Of a stretch of DNA of 64,000 nucleotides, positions 22,366 to 64,000 are shown one piece after another; the stretch's first letter is position 1, and each line of letters opens with the position of its first letter. Both the position numbers and the translations under genes were made by a program. The DNA is from Octopus vulgaris (taxonomy: Eukaryota): positions 59,334,001 to 59,398,000 of the forward strand of contig OX597820.1 in the NCBI GenBank assembly GCA_951406725.2, written 5' to 3'. The notes under the pieces are model-generated. The model was not told where the DNA came from. It ran no database searches and saw nothing but the letters and a program-made list of their open reading frames with translations.

Positions 22366-23274
22366 AAGTTAATGTTGAGGAAAGTCTACATGGTCATCTG
22401 ATGTACCAGTAATAACAACCAAATCTCTCTTTAATTGTACCCTACCAGAGAAAGACGGACACAATGTAGTCCTGAATACCTCTAAACCTGGGGTGGGGAA
22501 ACTTCTTAGTACAGCAGGCAAAAATTTCCAAAGGAAAAGGTCCATGGGTGGATCGCAAAGTTCTAATTCTTATATCTGTGTTGACCTTGTTTATATCTAT
22601 GTATAATTCGATGTATATTAATAAAGATCAGTTTAACACATCCAATTAATGTGTTACATCTTCATTAACACTGCCACTGAATTTTAGACATTTATATTTC
22701 TTATGAGGTATTCTATATTTTCCAGTTAGAGTGTAGTTGGGGGTTAACCTCCAGTTTCTGACCTGGGTAAAAAAAAAAATTGTGTAATAGGTGTAAAACA
22801 ACAAGTAGTAAATGAGTATGAAAAGAAAATGCATGTTGGTGAATGGGAGGGGAGAGACAACTTGGAAAATTCACATGATCAAACTCGCAGGATCCAAAAA
22901 CTCAATGTTAACACCTGGTCACAAAAAAAAAATAGTGTAATAGGTGTAAAACAACATGTAGCAAATAAATATGAAACAAAAAAAATGTGCGCTGACAAAC
23001 GAGGGTGAGGAGAGGACCAAGAAAATTCGCATGATACAATTTTTTCCCTCAAGAAAATGGATATTCTTCCCAACCACACAGTTCTGGGTTCAGTCCCATT
23101 GCATAGCACTTTGGACAAGTGTCTTCAACTATAACTTCAGGCATCCTGGAGGGCAAAGGCAGCATTTCAGAGGAAAAATTATCTGTGCTATAAACGAAGA
23201 TGAAAACACAAATTTGGGCACAAAATTTTTTCGATTCTGTCTTCTGCATAATGGTATTAACAGAAACAATTGCC

Positions 23275-23500
23275 TCGTAGATGTTTGTAAGCCATTCAAG
23301 AACATACACACACAAAAAAAAAAAATCGTTAGTTTCACGGCAACATTTAAATCTCATTCCAATCTCAATATTTTTGTTGCTTTGAAACTGAGACTTGTTC
23401 ACTGACAAAACAGATGCAGCCCGAATGTTTGTCAGGGTTTTGTTGTGGTTTCAAAGAACAAAAATATTTAGACACAAATGAGATTTAAATGTTGCAGAAG
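23275..23500. mobile_element. Diverged relative of the 7909-8231 fold-back cassette
   Basis: Shares GTTTGTAAGCCATT.AAGAA, CAACATTTAAAT and TGTTCACTGACAAAA, with inverted arms. Confidence 0.55.
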
Positions 23501-23775
23501 GTATGCTTGAGGACTCTCCACCCATGACCCTCCCAGGAATATATGGGTGAAGATGAGATGAGAACTTCAAAGTTTGCAAATTCTGACATGACAAGCTTGT
23601 GAAAAAAATATAAATTTTCACATACTGAAAAATCTTTAAAACTATTGTTAATGTGTAGTCCCAATTCAGTTTTGATCAAAGATATTCGTTTGTTCAGATG
23701 TACTGTGTCAAGAACTGAATTTAAGACATAGGATGTTACTTGAGGGAGAGTTGGCTCCTAATAATAATTCCTTGG

Positions 23776-24196
23776 GGAATGTGAAGAAGCAGGCTGGAAA
23801 GCAGAGCATTTTCCAATCGAAGTTGGATGTGGAGGGTTTGTTGGACACAGTGTGAGACGACTGTTGTTATCGTTAGGCCTAACTCATCGTAAAATCAATA
23901 CCACTATGACCGATATCCAAACTACGGTGGAGAAGGCTAGCCACTGGATTTGGTTAAAAAGAGACGATGAGCAATGGCTAGAGAAATAGTGAGCTTTATT
24001 TAATAACCAGTTGATCTAGCAAGCAGGGCCTCGTATCAGTGAGGGGGTGGGGTGGGCATGCGAATTGATGTTATTGAGAGGTAGGCCCCAAAACGGCGTG
24101 CATTCTCACCTGATGACCCTATACACTTGCTGGCTTCCGGTATGTGGAGTTCTTGACTAGTAGCACTTGTATGTGCAAGTTGTTTGCAAGACATCT
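23776..24196 (+). mobile_element. Second copy of the Hero-like LINE 3' end
   Basis: Aligns with 14307-14644. It keeps ~85 bp missing from the first copy; its hammerhead-like motif is decayed by CpG-type changes. Confidence 0.75.
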
Positions 24197-24658
24197 AGCA
24201 GCTCATCTCCATTTATGCAAGTGGATGTTGGACAATCAAATCAATTGATAGGTAAATGGTCTGCGGCCACAAAATGAAAAAAAGAAAAATGTCTAGTGAG
24301 TTGAGTATATCCCATTGGATGTGTAATATCAGTAATGTCATTATGTATGAATGATGGAGGACAAGTGTGCTGAGAAGAAAAAGAAAGGTGCATTATAAAA
24401 CAGCTGTAATGTATAAGAGGGAAAACTGAACTGGTATGGACAAGTGAATTATTTTTTTATTTGTTGGGTCTAAAGAAAGAGACTGTTTACAAGCATTCTG
24501 GAGCTGGTGGGATTCATGCCATTAATGTTCTTCTTGAGCCATTGCTATTCAACATCTACAGCAAAGATATGAGCAAGGAGGGAGTTCCAGTAGGTAGTGA
24601 CAATGAAGGATTGGATGTAGTTAGAGCAGGCCCTGGGGAGATGGACATAAGAGTGATG

Positions 24659-24880
24659 AAGGCGGTGAGCTGGCAGAAACGTTAGCACACCGGGCGAAAT
24701 GCTTAGCGGTATTTCGTCTGTCATTATGTTCTGAGTTCAAATTCCACCGAGGTCGACTTTACCTTTCATCCTTTTGGGGTCAATAAATTAAGTACCAGTT
24801 ACACACTGGGGTCGATGTAATCGACTTAATCCCCTTGTCCCCTCTATGTTTAGCCCCTTGTGGGCAATAAAGAAATAAGA
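24659..24880 (+). mobile_element. tRNA-derived SINE, near full length
   Basis: Same family as 13213, 26848-27070 (-) and 41292-41521 (-). Confidence 0.85.
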
Positions 24881-25344
24881 AGGGTGATGAGGAAAGAGAT
24901 GAGTGGGTTAGGAATGCTCTAGTAAATGTGCCATGAGACCAGTCAGCTCTCAGAAGCAGAGGTCAAAGTTAGAGAGGGAGCAGACAGTACACCTCTGGGC
25001 TTGTGTCTATTGGCCATCAGCTAGATGACTGTTTTCTAGATACAGTCTAGAATGTTTGTGGGTGCAGCAGTAATACTGTTCCAGATATGGGAACAAAAAA
25101 TAGTTCAATGTTGGACTCACTGGGGGCGGGAGGCTGAAGAATCTCTTAGCTCTGAAGAAAAGGGCTTGTCACTGCAATGTAGTCCTAGTTCTGTTAAAGA
25201 TCTGCTTTCATCAGAAGAAACCCTTAAGAGATAGTAAGACCTAAAATTTGAAGGGATCATGAAAGCTTTAGTTGCATGCTGCATATGTTTAAAGAGTGTG
25301 TGGTACAATAATGTTCTCATGATATGAATAGTGTTTGTGTTTCC

Positions 25345-26120
25345 GGCCATGTGGCGAGAATGGATGTGGATAGCTGTGCGAAAAAGTGCCACAGCCTAGC
25401 GGATGAGGGAACCTGTGGAAGAGGTAGACCCAAGAGGACCTGGGATGAGGTGGTGAAGCATGACCTTCGAACATTGGGCTTCACCGAGGCAATGACTAGT
25501 GACCAGGACCTTTGGAAATATGCTGTGCTTGAGAAGACTCGGCAAGCTCAAGTGAGACCATAACCATGTGACCTATGTCAGAGGTGTAACCAGCCCACTT
25601 TATGCATACCTTTCCCTCATTGGATACTAAACTCTGCTTGTGAAGACCTGTTGAAGCAAGTGAAATCAAAATCGATGACTGGCATTCGTGGTAGTGGAGC
25701 GCGAAGAGTACCATACGAACGTGATCGTTACCAGAGCAACAAGCTGGCCTCCGTGCCGATGGCTCGTAAAAAAGCACTGTTCAAGCGTGATCATTACCTA
25801 CGTTGCCTTACTGGCACTTGAAAAACATTTGAACAAGGTCGTTGCCAGTACCGCTGGACTGGCTCCTGTGCAGGTGGCACATAAAAAGTACCATTTGTAT
25901 GTGGCCACTGCCAGTACTGCCTGACTGGCCCTCATACCGGTGGCACGTAAAAGCACCCACTACACTCTCGGAGTGGTTGGCGTTAGGAAGGGCATCCAGC
26001 CGTAGAAACTCTGCCAGATCAGATTGGAGTCTGGTGCAGCCATCTGGTTCGCCAGACCTCAGTCAAATGTCCAACCCATGCTAGCATGGAAAGCAGATGT
26101 TAAACGATGATGATGATGAT
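25345..26120 (+). mobile_element. RTE-clade LINE 3' end with (GAT)n tail
   Basis: GHVARMD...GRGRPKRTWDEVVKHDL...DQDLWKYAV, then a 3' UTR with internal repeats ending TAAACGATGATGATGAT. Confidence 0.85.
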
Positions 26121-28399
26121 TGTTGTTAAAAGAAGCAAAATTCATACACCTCTATTGGAGGATGCTTTGAGATCACTGTTCAAGGAATATTGTGATGTCT
26201 AGATTGTATATAAATGTTGCATGGATGGGGAAGGTTGAGGGAGAAGGAAGGATGGCATTATCTGCATAGAAGTATCATAGGAAGTAACAGTAAGTAGGTC
26301 ATTGATGTAGAGAAGAAAGAAAGTGGGGGATAAAACTGAACACCAGAGCATGTCAGACAGAGTTGATTGAATAAGGAATAGAAAGCACTCCAGTAGCAGT
26401 GCATGTTGGGAAATACAATCTGTTAAGAAGCTACTGATCCATGAGATGAGACACAATGAAGCACATAGGTAGATATTTTAAATATATGAGATATGGTTGA
26501 AAGTCTTTGCTGATATCAAAGGCAAAAATCATTGCTTTCACTAAATTTTCCAAGGTGAGAGCTCACTGGTGGGTGACAAATGATAGTAGGTCACCGATGG
26601 ATTTAGCTTTATGGAACCTGTACTTGTGGTCACTGATGAGAAAGATTCCAGTTGTTGAACAACATTGCAGTTAATGGCTGTCACTAGCACTTTAGAAATA
26701 TTGGTTTTAAATTTTGGCAGAAAGCCAGGAATTTGTTGGGGAGGGGATAAGTTGATTACATCGCCCCCACAAAGTACTCAACTGGCACTTATTCTAAAGC
26801 ATTTGGCTGGTAGGCAAACAATTCTACCAGCTTGTCACCTTAGAAATATTTATTTCTTTATTGCACACGGTGGTCTAAACAGAGGGGACAAACAAGGATA
26901 CAGTTAATTACATCGACCCCTGTGCGTAACTGGTACTTACTTAATCAACCTTGAAAGGATGAAAGGCAAAATCAACCTCAGCAGAATTTGAACTCAGAAC
27001 ATAATGGCAGACGAAATATCACTAAGCATTTTGCCCAGCATGCTAACGATTCAGCCAATTCACCACCTTAGAAATATTAAGTGCAATAGGATGATGCTTG
27101 GCAGAGCCAAAGAAATTCCCTTTCTTCAGAATGGGATACATTGCAATGTGTTTTTGAAGATTAGAGCATATATCTATCTGTAGAGAAAAATTGGTAAGTA
27201 TAGTAAGTGTCTGGTTCTGGGGTGCAATGTTTAAGGGTAATGGAAAATACATTATATGAATACGTTGTTTCAGTACTTTGAAGCAATTAGATGTAGTTTT
27301 ACACATGACATGTATGTAAGCAAAGAAGGGTACATAGAAAGATGGGGTAAAATATATTTTGGAGGATATGTAAAAAACATTTGAAGGATATTTGGTTGAA
27401 AAATGATGCAAGTGGTAAAACCAGAAAAAATGTATTGAGCAAATAGTGAGATCAGAATTCAGGATGCCAAATATAAGAAAGCAACAATAAAGGACAGCAG
27501 CATATCGTGAGGTACTGTACTGGAACATACCTTCCCAACTTAAATAACAAAGAACAGCAGATTTAAAATCAAATTTTTAAAAAACAACAAAAACAGTTTA
27601 TTTCTTTAACAATCTTTATTTCATTTTCACATTTTCTTTCATTATTTTCCACAAATTTTGATGTTTTATATTTTCGTTTTTTTAATATATCATTTATATA
27701 TTTATAATATTTACAGATAAATAAATAGATTGTTCAATACATTCGACAACTATGGTCACTATACAGGGAACACAACCATTGCAGACAGCTTGCTTCCTAA
27801 CAGAAGGACAAATCCTGCGATGATTAATCCTTCCAAATATGGTAACTATATACCAGTATATACACACACATATGCATATATGTATATGTGTATATATATA
27901 TATATATACACACACACAAACATACACATGTAAGCTACATATATATGTAACACACACGTGTAAATGTATATATATGTGTGTGTATATATATATATATTCA
28001 CACACACACATATATAAAGTACACATGTGTGTATGTATTAATGATGGTTATCAATAAAATATTAACAAAAATGATGATGTAATGATATACCCGTAGAAAA
28101 CAGAAAAAAATGGTTTTCTATTTAATTCATAAAAAAATAATCTTTAAATTTATATACACACTTGCATATATAAATGTGTGTTTATTGATATATGAATGAC
28201 TGCATTTGTATTTGTGTGTGTATCTATGACAATATTGTATATCAGTTTTATGATATGTACGTGTGTGTGTGTGTTTGTGTGTTTATATATACATATATGT
28301 ATGTACATATTTATAAATATATAATACATCCACATACAGACACACACAAATATTTATATATATAGCTATACAGATACACATATTGTGTGTAAGTATATA

Positions 28400-28655
<256 letters not shown>

Positions 28656-28714
28656 TTGTCAATATAACATATATCAGAAAAAGAAACACTCTAAAGAATA
28701 GAGCAGTAAGTATT

Positions 28715-28836
28715 AAACAAAATTTAAGTCAGGTCATAGCATGACCAATGGTTTCATATCGACGAAAGCTATAGGCTGTAGCTTTCGTGGATACAAAACC
28801 ACTGATCACTTTATGGCCAGACTTTAACTTTGTTTT
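28715..28836. repeat. ~60-bp-arm imperfect hairpin related to the terminus of the Penelope-like fragment at 20160
   Basis: AAACAAAATTTAAGTC..CGAAAGCTATA-GGC-TGTAGCTTTCG..GACTTTAACTTTGTTT. GGTCATAG..CAATGGTTTC is shared with 20164-20188. Confidence 0.55.
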
Positions 28837-31749
28837 ATATATATATATATATATATAAGGTGTGTGTTGTAAGAGTGTATGTGCATAATTATGCTGTGAG
28901 TGTGTGTGCATGTGCACTATGTACATGCATACACAAATGCAATCCCCAGAAAAAAAAAATGCCTGCATATGTGTTTATCTTAGTCTGTCATTAAACCTCA
29001 GGGCAACTGCAACAGCAGAAAAAAAAAGTTTAAAATATGAAATAATAAAGAAGCATGGATAGGGTGCATTTTTTTTTGTATAACAAATACTTTGTAAATA
29101 CCTCCACCTTAAGGGACTTGAAAAATTTAAAACAAATTCTTAAAGAATTGCATCTATTCTACTGAATTGAATTAATGTTCTGATATAATTATGCCAATAC
29201 CCCAACAATAAAGCAAGCCAACAAGAGAGGGAAAGTGACTCTAACTACTAAACCCGCAATAAATTCCAGTCAGATGTTTCTCTTAAATTACATCCCTGTG
29301 GCTTAAAAAAGAATGGATGAATTGGATAATGTAGCCCTAGAAACACTATACTCAATCATTCCACCACCACAAAAAGGTAAAAAGCCAAATAGTCACAGCT
29401 AGAACATGTTTACTTGTAGGCATGCTCAATTGGAGCTGACCTGGTGCTAAACAATACCATTTTCATTATCGATGCCACTCCTAATCTGAGGTGCAAGAGA
29501 TGTGCATGTAAGTGATCTGAACAAAGCTGGACCCATTATTTTATTTGGCATCCTGGATAATCAAACATCTGCAAGAAAGCAGCTTTCAGCTAGCCCCCAT
29601 GATCGTCCTCAACATGGCCAACAAGACACAACAGAAACAACCATTTGGTAACATGAAATAATGAAGAAAATGTGACACAGAGACAGTGTCAAATATTTAG
29701 TTAAAAAGAACATTTTGTTCATTATTATAGTCACTGACCAGCTGAGTTGCCCCGTTCTTAATGTCAGGGTTTACAGCTACCCCTACTCCAGTTTCTGACT
29801 TTTGCCCTTCAACAGACAAACTGTTGAGCCAGTATTTCATACGAAAGAAACAAAGAAAATCAAGATGCAAATAAATAAATATATACATAGAAGAGCAGCA
29901 AACAGTTGCTAATTGCAGCAATGTTGTTGTCTTGTAGCTAACTGCACTGCAGTGAGACAGGTGAAAGCAGGAAGTCTTTTGAGCACCACACATATGCAAT
30001 CTGTCTAGTGTTGCAGTAAAAATCTAAATTATTCCACCCATTAACAAAAGAACAACTATAATTCTTTCCCTCCATCCCATTTTAAGGTTTGTTGAAAATA
30101 AATTTTTAAATAAATATTGCTTTTATTCTTCAGTCTTAGGGAGGTGTGAAAAAAAAAAAAAAATTCAGAAGGAATTGATAAATACAAATTCTTTAAACAG
30201 GCAAATAAAAGCAAGGAAGTTGTTTACATATGCATTGCAATGCCTGAAATTGTTTGAGAGTTGAATTCTCATGAAAATAAAGCCTTGCAGTTGCTACTAC
30301 ATCTTCTCCAGAATGATGATAAATAATGGTAAAATTAGTAGATGAATCCCAACAACGAATATTGCACTGCTATATCTGATATTTTTCTTATATGCAGAAC
30401 AATTGTACTTTCTGGAACATGATGTTGCGGTTGTTTTTATTGTTGTAGATTAATGAAATCGAAGTTGAAATATTGAGGTTTGACAGCTTCAGATACTGGT
30501 AGTATAATTTGTAATGAATGTAGTTTGGTGAGTGACACATAGTGTAGTATGGTGTGATGAGATGAACTGTAACATTATTTTATAGTTGTGTTGTATGTCT
30601 GTATCACTGCATAGTATAGTGATGTCTTTAAAGCATAATGTAGAAGTATAGCGATTGCATTTTAATGCACTGTATAATTCCAGTGGCCCATAACAATAAA
30701 GTGCAATGTGATGCTGTGTGGTGCACAGTTTTAAATTGTTGTCATAATGTTTGGTTTTGGAAGGAAGTTCCTTTCCGCCTTAAGGCCACAACATGTATTG
30801 GTTGCTTGAATTGTTTCATTTGTAGTAGTAAGTTCTTTTGTGTGACATTTCATAGAGGTAAGAATATGATGATGATGATTTTGATGATTATGATGATGAG
30901 AATGATATTGATAATGACAATGATATACTGCACCAGTTTTGTTGTGGTTGTTGTTAAGGAAGATACAAACTATGAATTTACAGTGCATTACTTGTTGTAC
31001 AGATGCCCTTAACACCATCAATGTCTGTAGTTTAGTCTTATAATAACCCTCCAGCAATGTCTGCATTGTTGTCATATATTTTCATTCTCTGTACTGTGGG
31101 TAGTAGTCCACTCACAAATGGTGTCTGTACGCTTTTATTGAAACACTCCAATTGTAGAGTTTATATGATAGGAGAACACACCACTATTGTCTGTTCAATG
31201 GGAATACTCCTCTGCTACCTGCATTGTTGTCGAATAACCCACCACCAGTGGCTGTACTCTTGCTGAACACTCCACTATCAGTGGCTGTTCAATTATCGAA
31301 CACTACACTTCCACCAGAATTTATTTTACTGTTGACGAATACTCCAATCCCAGTTCTTCATCTGAAGATTGAATGTGTTGGCCTTTCTCAATGCACATTC
31401 CAACCTATCTTGCACAAAGGATAAGTGCCTTCCACCGTATGCTGACCATTTTGCCCAAGAAGGTCTTGGTCATTATCACATGACTGGTAAACAGCTCTAA
31501 GCAGAAGTTAAATCTCTGTGATGGTTGATAAAGTTAAATAACAGGGATGAGAGGGTTGATGGCAGTAGTTAGAAATTGAAGTTCAATAATCTGGTTGGTA
31601 AGGATGATATTTTGCATGAATATTTCTGAAAAGATAACAAAAATAAATAAATATCATTGAATAAATTAATTAGTAACAAGAATTTAAAGTCATTGAAAAA
31701 ATTATTTTCCTGTTTGTTTTATATTTATTTCAGCTGCCACTAAAGCTGT

Positions 31750-32139
31750 AGACCCAGGAAGACGTGGGATGAAGTGGTGAGAAAGAATCTTCAGATGCTG
31801 GACCTCACTGAGGAATTGACTAGGGTCTGGAAAGTGTGGCGATTTGCTGTACTTGAAAAGACGTGTCCAGCTAAGTAAAATTGTTGTCTTCCATACATAC
31901 AGACTTGTCCTTTCAAGTGCTGATGCCACATACAAAGCATCCATGCCGGTGGGCCATAAAAAGCACCCATCACACTGTTAAGTGGTTGGCGTTAGGAAGA
32001 GCATCCAGCCATAGAAACCTCGCCACAACAGACAATTGGAGTCTGGACAGCTCCTGGTTGCCTAGTTACGTCATACCATCCAACTTTTGCCAACATGGAA
32101 AACAGATGTTAAACGATGATGATGATGATGATGATGATA
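31750..32139 (+). mobile_element. RTE-clade LINE 3' fragment
   Basis: RPRKTWDEVVRKNL-like translation and the same 3' tail as 25345-26120. Confidence 0.75.
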
Positions 32140-32675
32140 CTGTCCAAAACTTTTAATGGGGATTCAAACTTGGCTCCTATTAATCTCTTCACAGAAAATA
32201 TAAAACAAAGCAGAATAATGTAGGTTTCACAATTGAAGGGAAATGAATCACATTGAAGGGACGCAACTCTAACTGCTCATCATATACAGCCACCAACACT
32301 TCACATTTTTGATAGGACGCAGAGAGTAAGCTTGGAATACATGTACATTATGTAACGATCGTTTTGATCTTCGATTTTCATCATCTACCTTATTTATAGC
32401 GTTGGGTCTGCACAAAGAGCTAATAAAACGTGTAAATGATTATATATACATATATATATATATATATATAGAATAATAAATTTTAGTGGAGATGGTACTA
32501 CATGTAGAGTACAATTGTGATTTGGGCTTGTTTATGAGTTAAGGAGTAATAAAATTTTTAGTATAAGATAAAAAAACTTTGGTTATCAGTAATTTACATC
32601 CCAATAAACGAAATCATGCTTCCAGTGATTTATGAGACATGACTGGACGGGATACATTTGTCTTCTAAAAGTTTT

Positions 32676-32706
<31 letters not shown>

Positions 32707-33114
32707 CATACACACACACACATAAATATATATACATGCGATACACACACACACACACACATTCATACTGTTAATTCCTTTGTTGTTAGAGATGAGTAAT
32801 TTACAATATTTACTTTTTCCTAACATATTAACAGAACAGTAGTCATTCCTTTTGATTTCTAGATAGAAGCAAATAAGAAACAACACTTACTGATCAAAGC
32901 CTAAAACAAAAAATTAAAATTTTGTTACACAGTGTATTGAGTCTTTGTCCAACTCATACCTGTATGGAAAAGGTGGTGCAAAAGAATGGATAATTAAATA
33001 TTCTAAAGATGGGTAATAATCTAGATTATCATGTTGATTGATTACGTTTTCAGTTGTATTGTTTCATAAAAGACTTATTCAACTTACTTATGTTAAATAA
33101 TTCTATTTATTTTG

Positions 33115-62550
<29,436 letters not shown>

Positions 62551-64000
62551 CTGTGGAATAATCAAAACAACAGAAATGACAATACAGCAGAAGTAAACGG
62601 CAAAACAAATACCTCACTTTGTGTGTGAGTGTGTGTGTGTGTTTGCATGAGACCAGACCTATACATGTTGTATTTTGGATGGGGATAGCATGAAGGCTGT
62701 ATGAACTGATCAGACCTATGACTAAACATGTCTCATCCCTAGCCATATAAATTTTGTTTACAGTGTGCACCAAGCTATATTACTCAATAAAAAGAGTGTT
62801 TTGAGATTTGGTTGTCGTTTCTAGCAAATCATATGACCACACTGAAGTTCATTCATGCCTATAGTTTAATATAAACAAATGAAGTGAGGTTCCAGATACA
62901 AGAGGCATGGACATGTCTTGGTAATTCAAAAACCATAAGACATTATTATGGACATAATGTAGGTGTCTGATAGAGAACCTATTGGTACTTCCTTTGTAAA
63001 CACTTTAAACATCCATGAGGTTAAAATGTATCTCTCTGTATGCAAAACATGTGTAAGTAGGTGAGTGTATATTAGTATGTGCGAGTGTAAGTGTTTGTAT
63101 GAGTGTTTTGAAGTGTTGTTATCTTGCGTTAAAATTCTATAGTGACTCATGCTTACTTCCCTTGGGCCAGCAACAGTAAACATGTGACCTATAAAAGACT
63201 TTGGACAGGGATAGATTCATTGGAGCCTTTGACTCCTGATGGAGTCATTAGGATGCCATCATGACATGCCTGAACATTGCCAATTTACTCACAGAGAGAG
63301 AGAAGGTGGGGGAATCAACTCTAGTACTGGACTGGTGCTACTTTATCAACTCCAAAAGATGGAAAGTAAAGTTGATGTCATAGGAATTTAAACTCAGGAG
63401 TTTAGAAAGCCACAATAAATACTACAAAACATTTTATCTGCCAACTTAATGTTTAGACACAAGATGGCTATTAGAGACACATAGGTAGGACATACAGAGA
63501 TATACACATGCTAACATGCACATAGATGTCTGTCTGTCTATCTCAGTGACACTCATATACAGCTATCACAAGATGTTAAGACAAGGAGATACAAACATAC
63601 AAGCTCTCTCTCACATACACATAACCGTTTCAGTTACAAATTCACCAAATCCACTTACAAAGCTTTGGTTTGCCAAGGGCTATATTAGAAGACACTCATC
63701 CAAGGTGCCTCACAGTGGAATTGAACCTGAAACCATGAGGTAAGGAAGCAAACTACTCAACCACTCAGTCATATCTACACTTAAATCGAATGTCCTTTTC
63801 TTTTAAGATGTGTATTTTGAAGGAATTCTGACTGCTATTTCTAGCAAGCTGAACATCCACTACTGGTTTTGTCATTGATTCCTGGCTGCCTTGCCTCTGG
63901 AAAAATACCTATGAATGTCTGCTGAATAAAAACATGATACTCAAGTGGCAGAATGGTTAGAGCACCGAACAAAATGTGGTATTTGTTCTAGGTCTTTAGA

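Larger units (their letters stand above)
24200..27540 (-). mobile_element. Highly decayed CR1/Jockey-group LINE, interrupted by younger SINE and RTE insertions
   Basis: RT-like fragments PI.KKGN...HPIAL..ISKV, ISWISSFLTD and SVLSPTFFLLYINDLL..YAD. Boundaries approximate. Confidence 0.6.

Noticed and set aside
62926-63183. Possible further upstream ptc exon
   Set aside because: No similarity to the expected preceding segment (ITPLDCFWEG); that exon appears to lie beyond 64000.

Overview
This is AT-rich animal genomic DNA, dense in microsatellites and transposable elements. The SINE families and composition suggest a cephalopod, probably Octopus (inference). There are two host genes, both on the minus strand. 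One is an intronless 650-aa protein with two CABIT domains (THEMIS-like, 1661-3613). The other is the last 23 coding exons of a patched (Hedgehog receptor) gene (33115-62550), which I spliced by hand into one open frame of about 1191 codons; its 5' exons lie beyond the window. RNA genes are a tRNA-Gly(GCC) and a 5'-truncated U6 copy. The intergenic and intronic space holds mariner, hAT and piggyBac-type MITEs, Helitrons, a decayed Gypsy element, LINE fragments (Hero-like, RTE, CR1/Jockey-like, CRE), a Penelope-like fragment and tRNA-derived SINEs. Three signals stand out. (1) At least seven hammerhead-ribozyme-like motifs of two architectures: minimal Penelope-type motifs inside (TA)n-flanked fold-back cassettes, and non-circularly permuted motifs in two unrelated elements. 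(2) A 4.1-kb palindrome that looks like a composite Helitron re-inserted head-to-head at its own 5' end. (3) A coding 27-bp minisatellite expanding the Patched cytoplasmic loop. All of this comes from manual reading; no database searches or folding programs were run.
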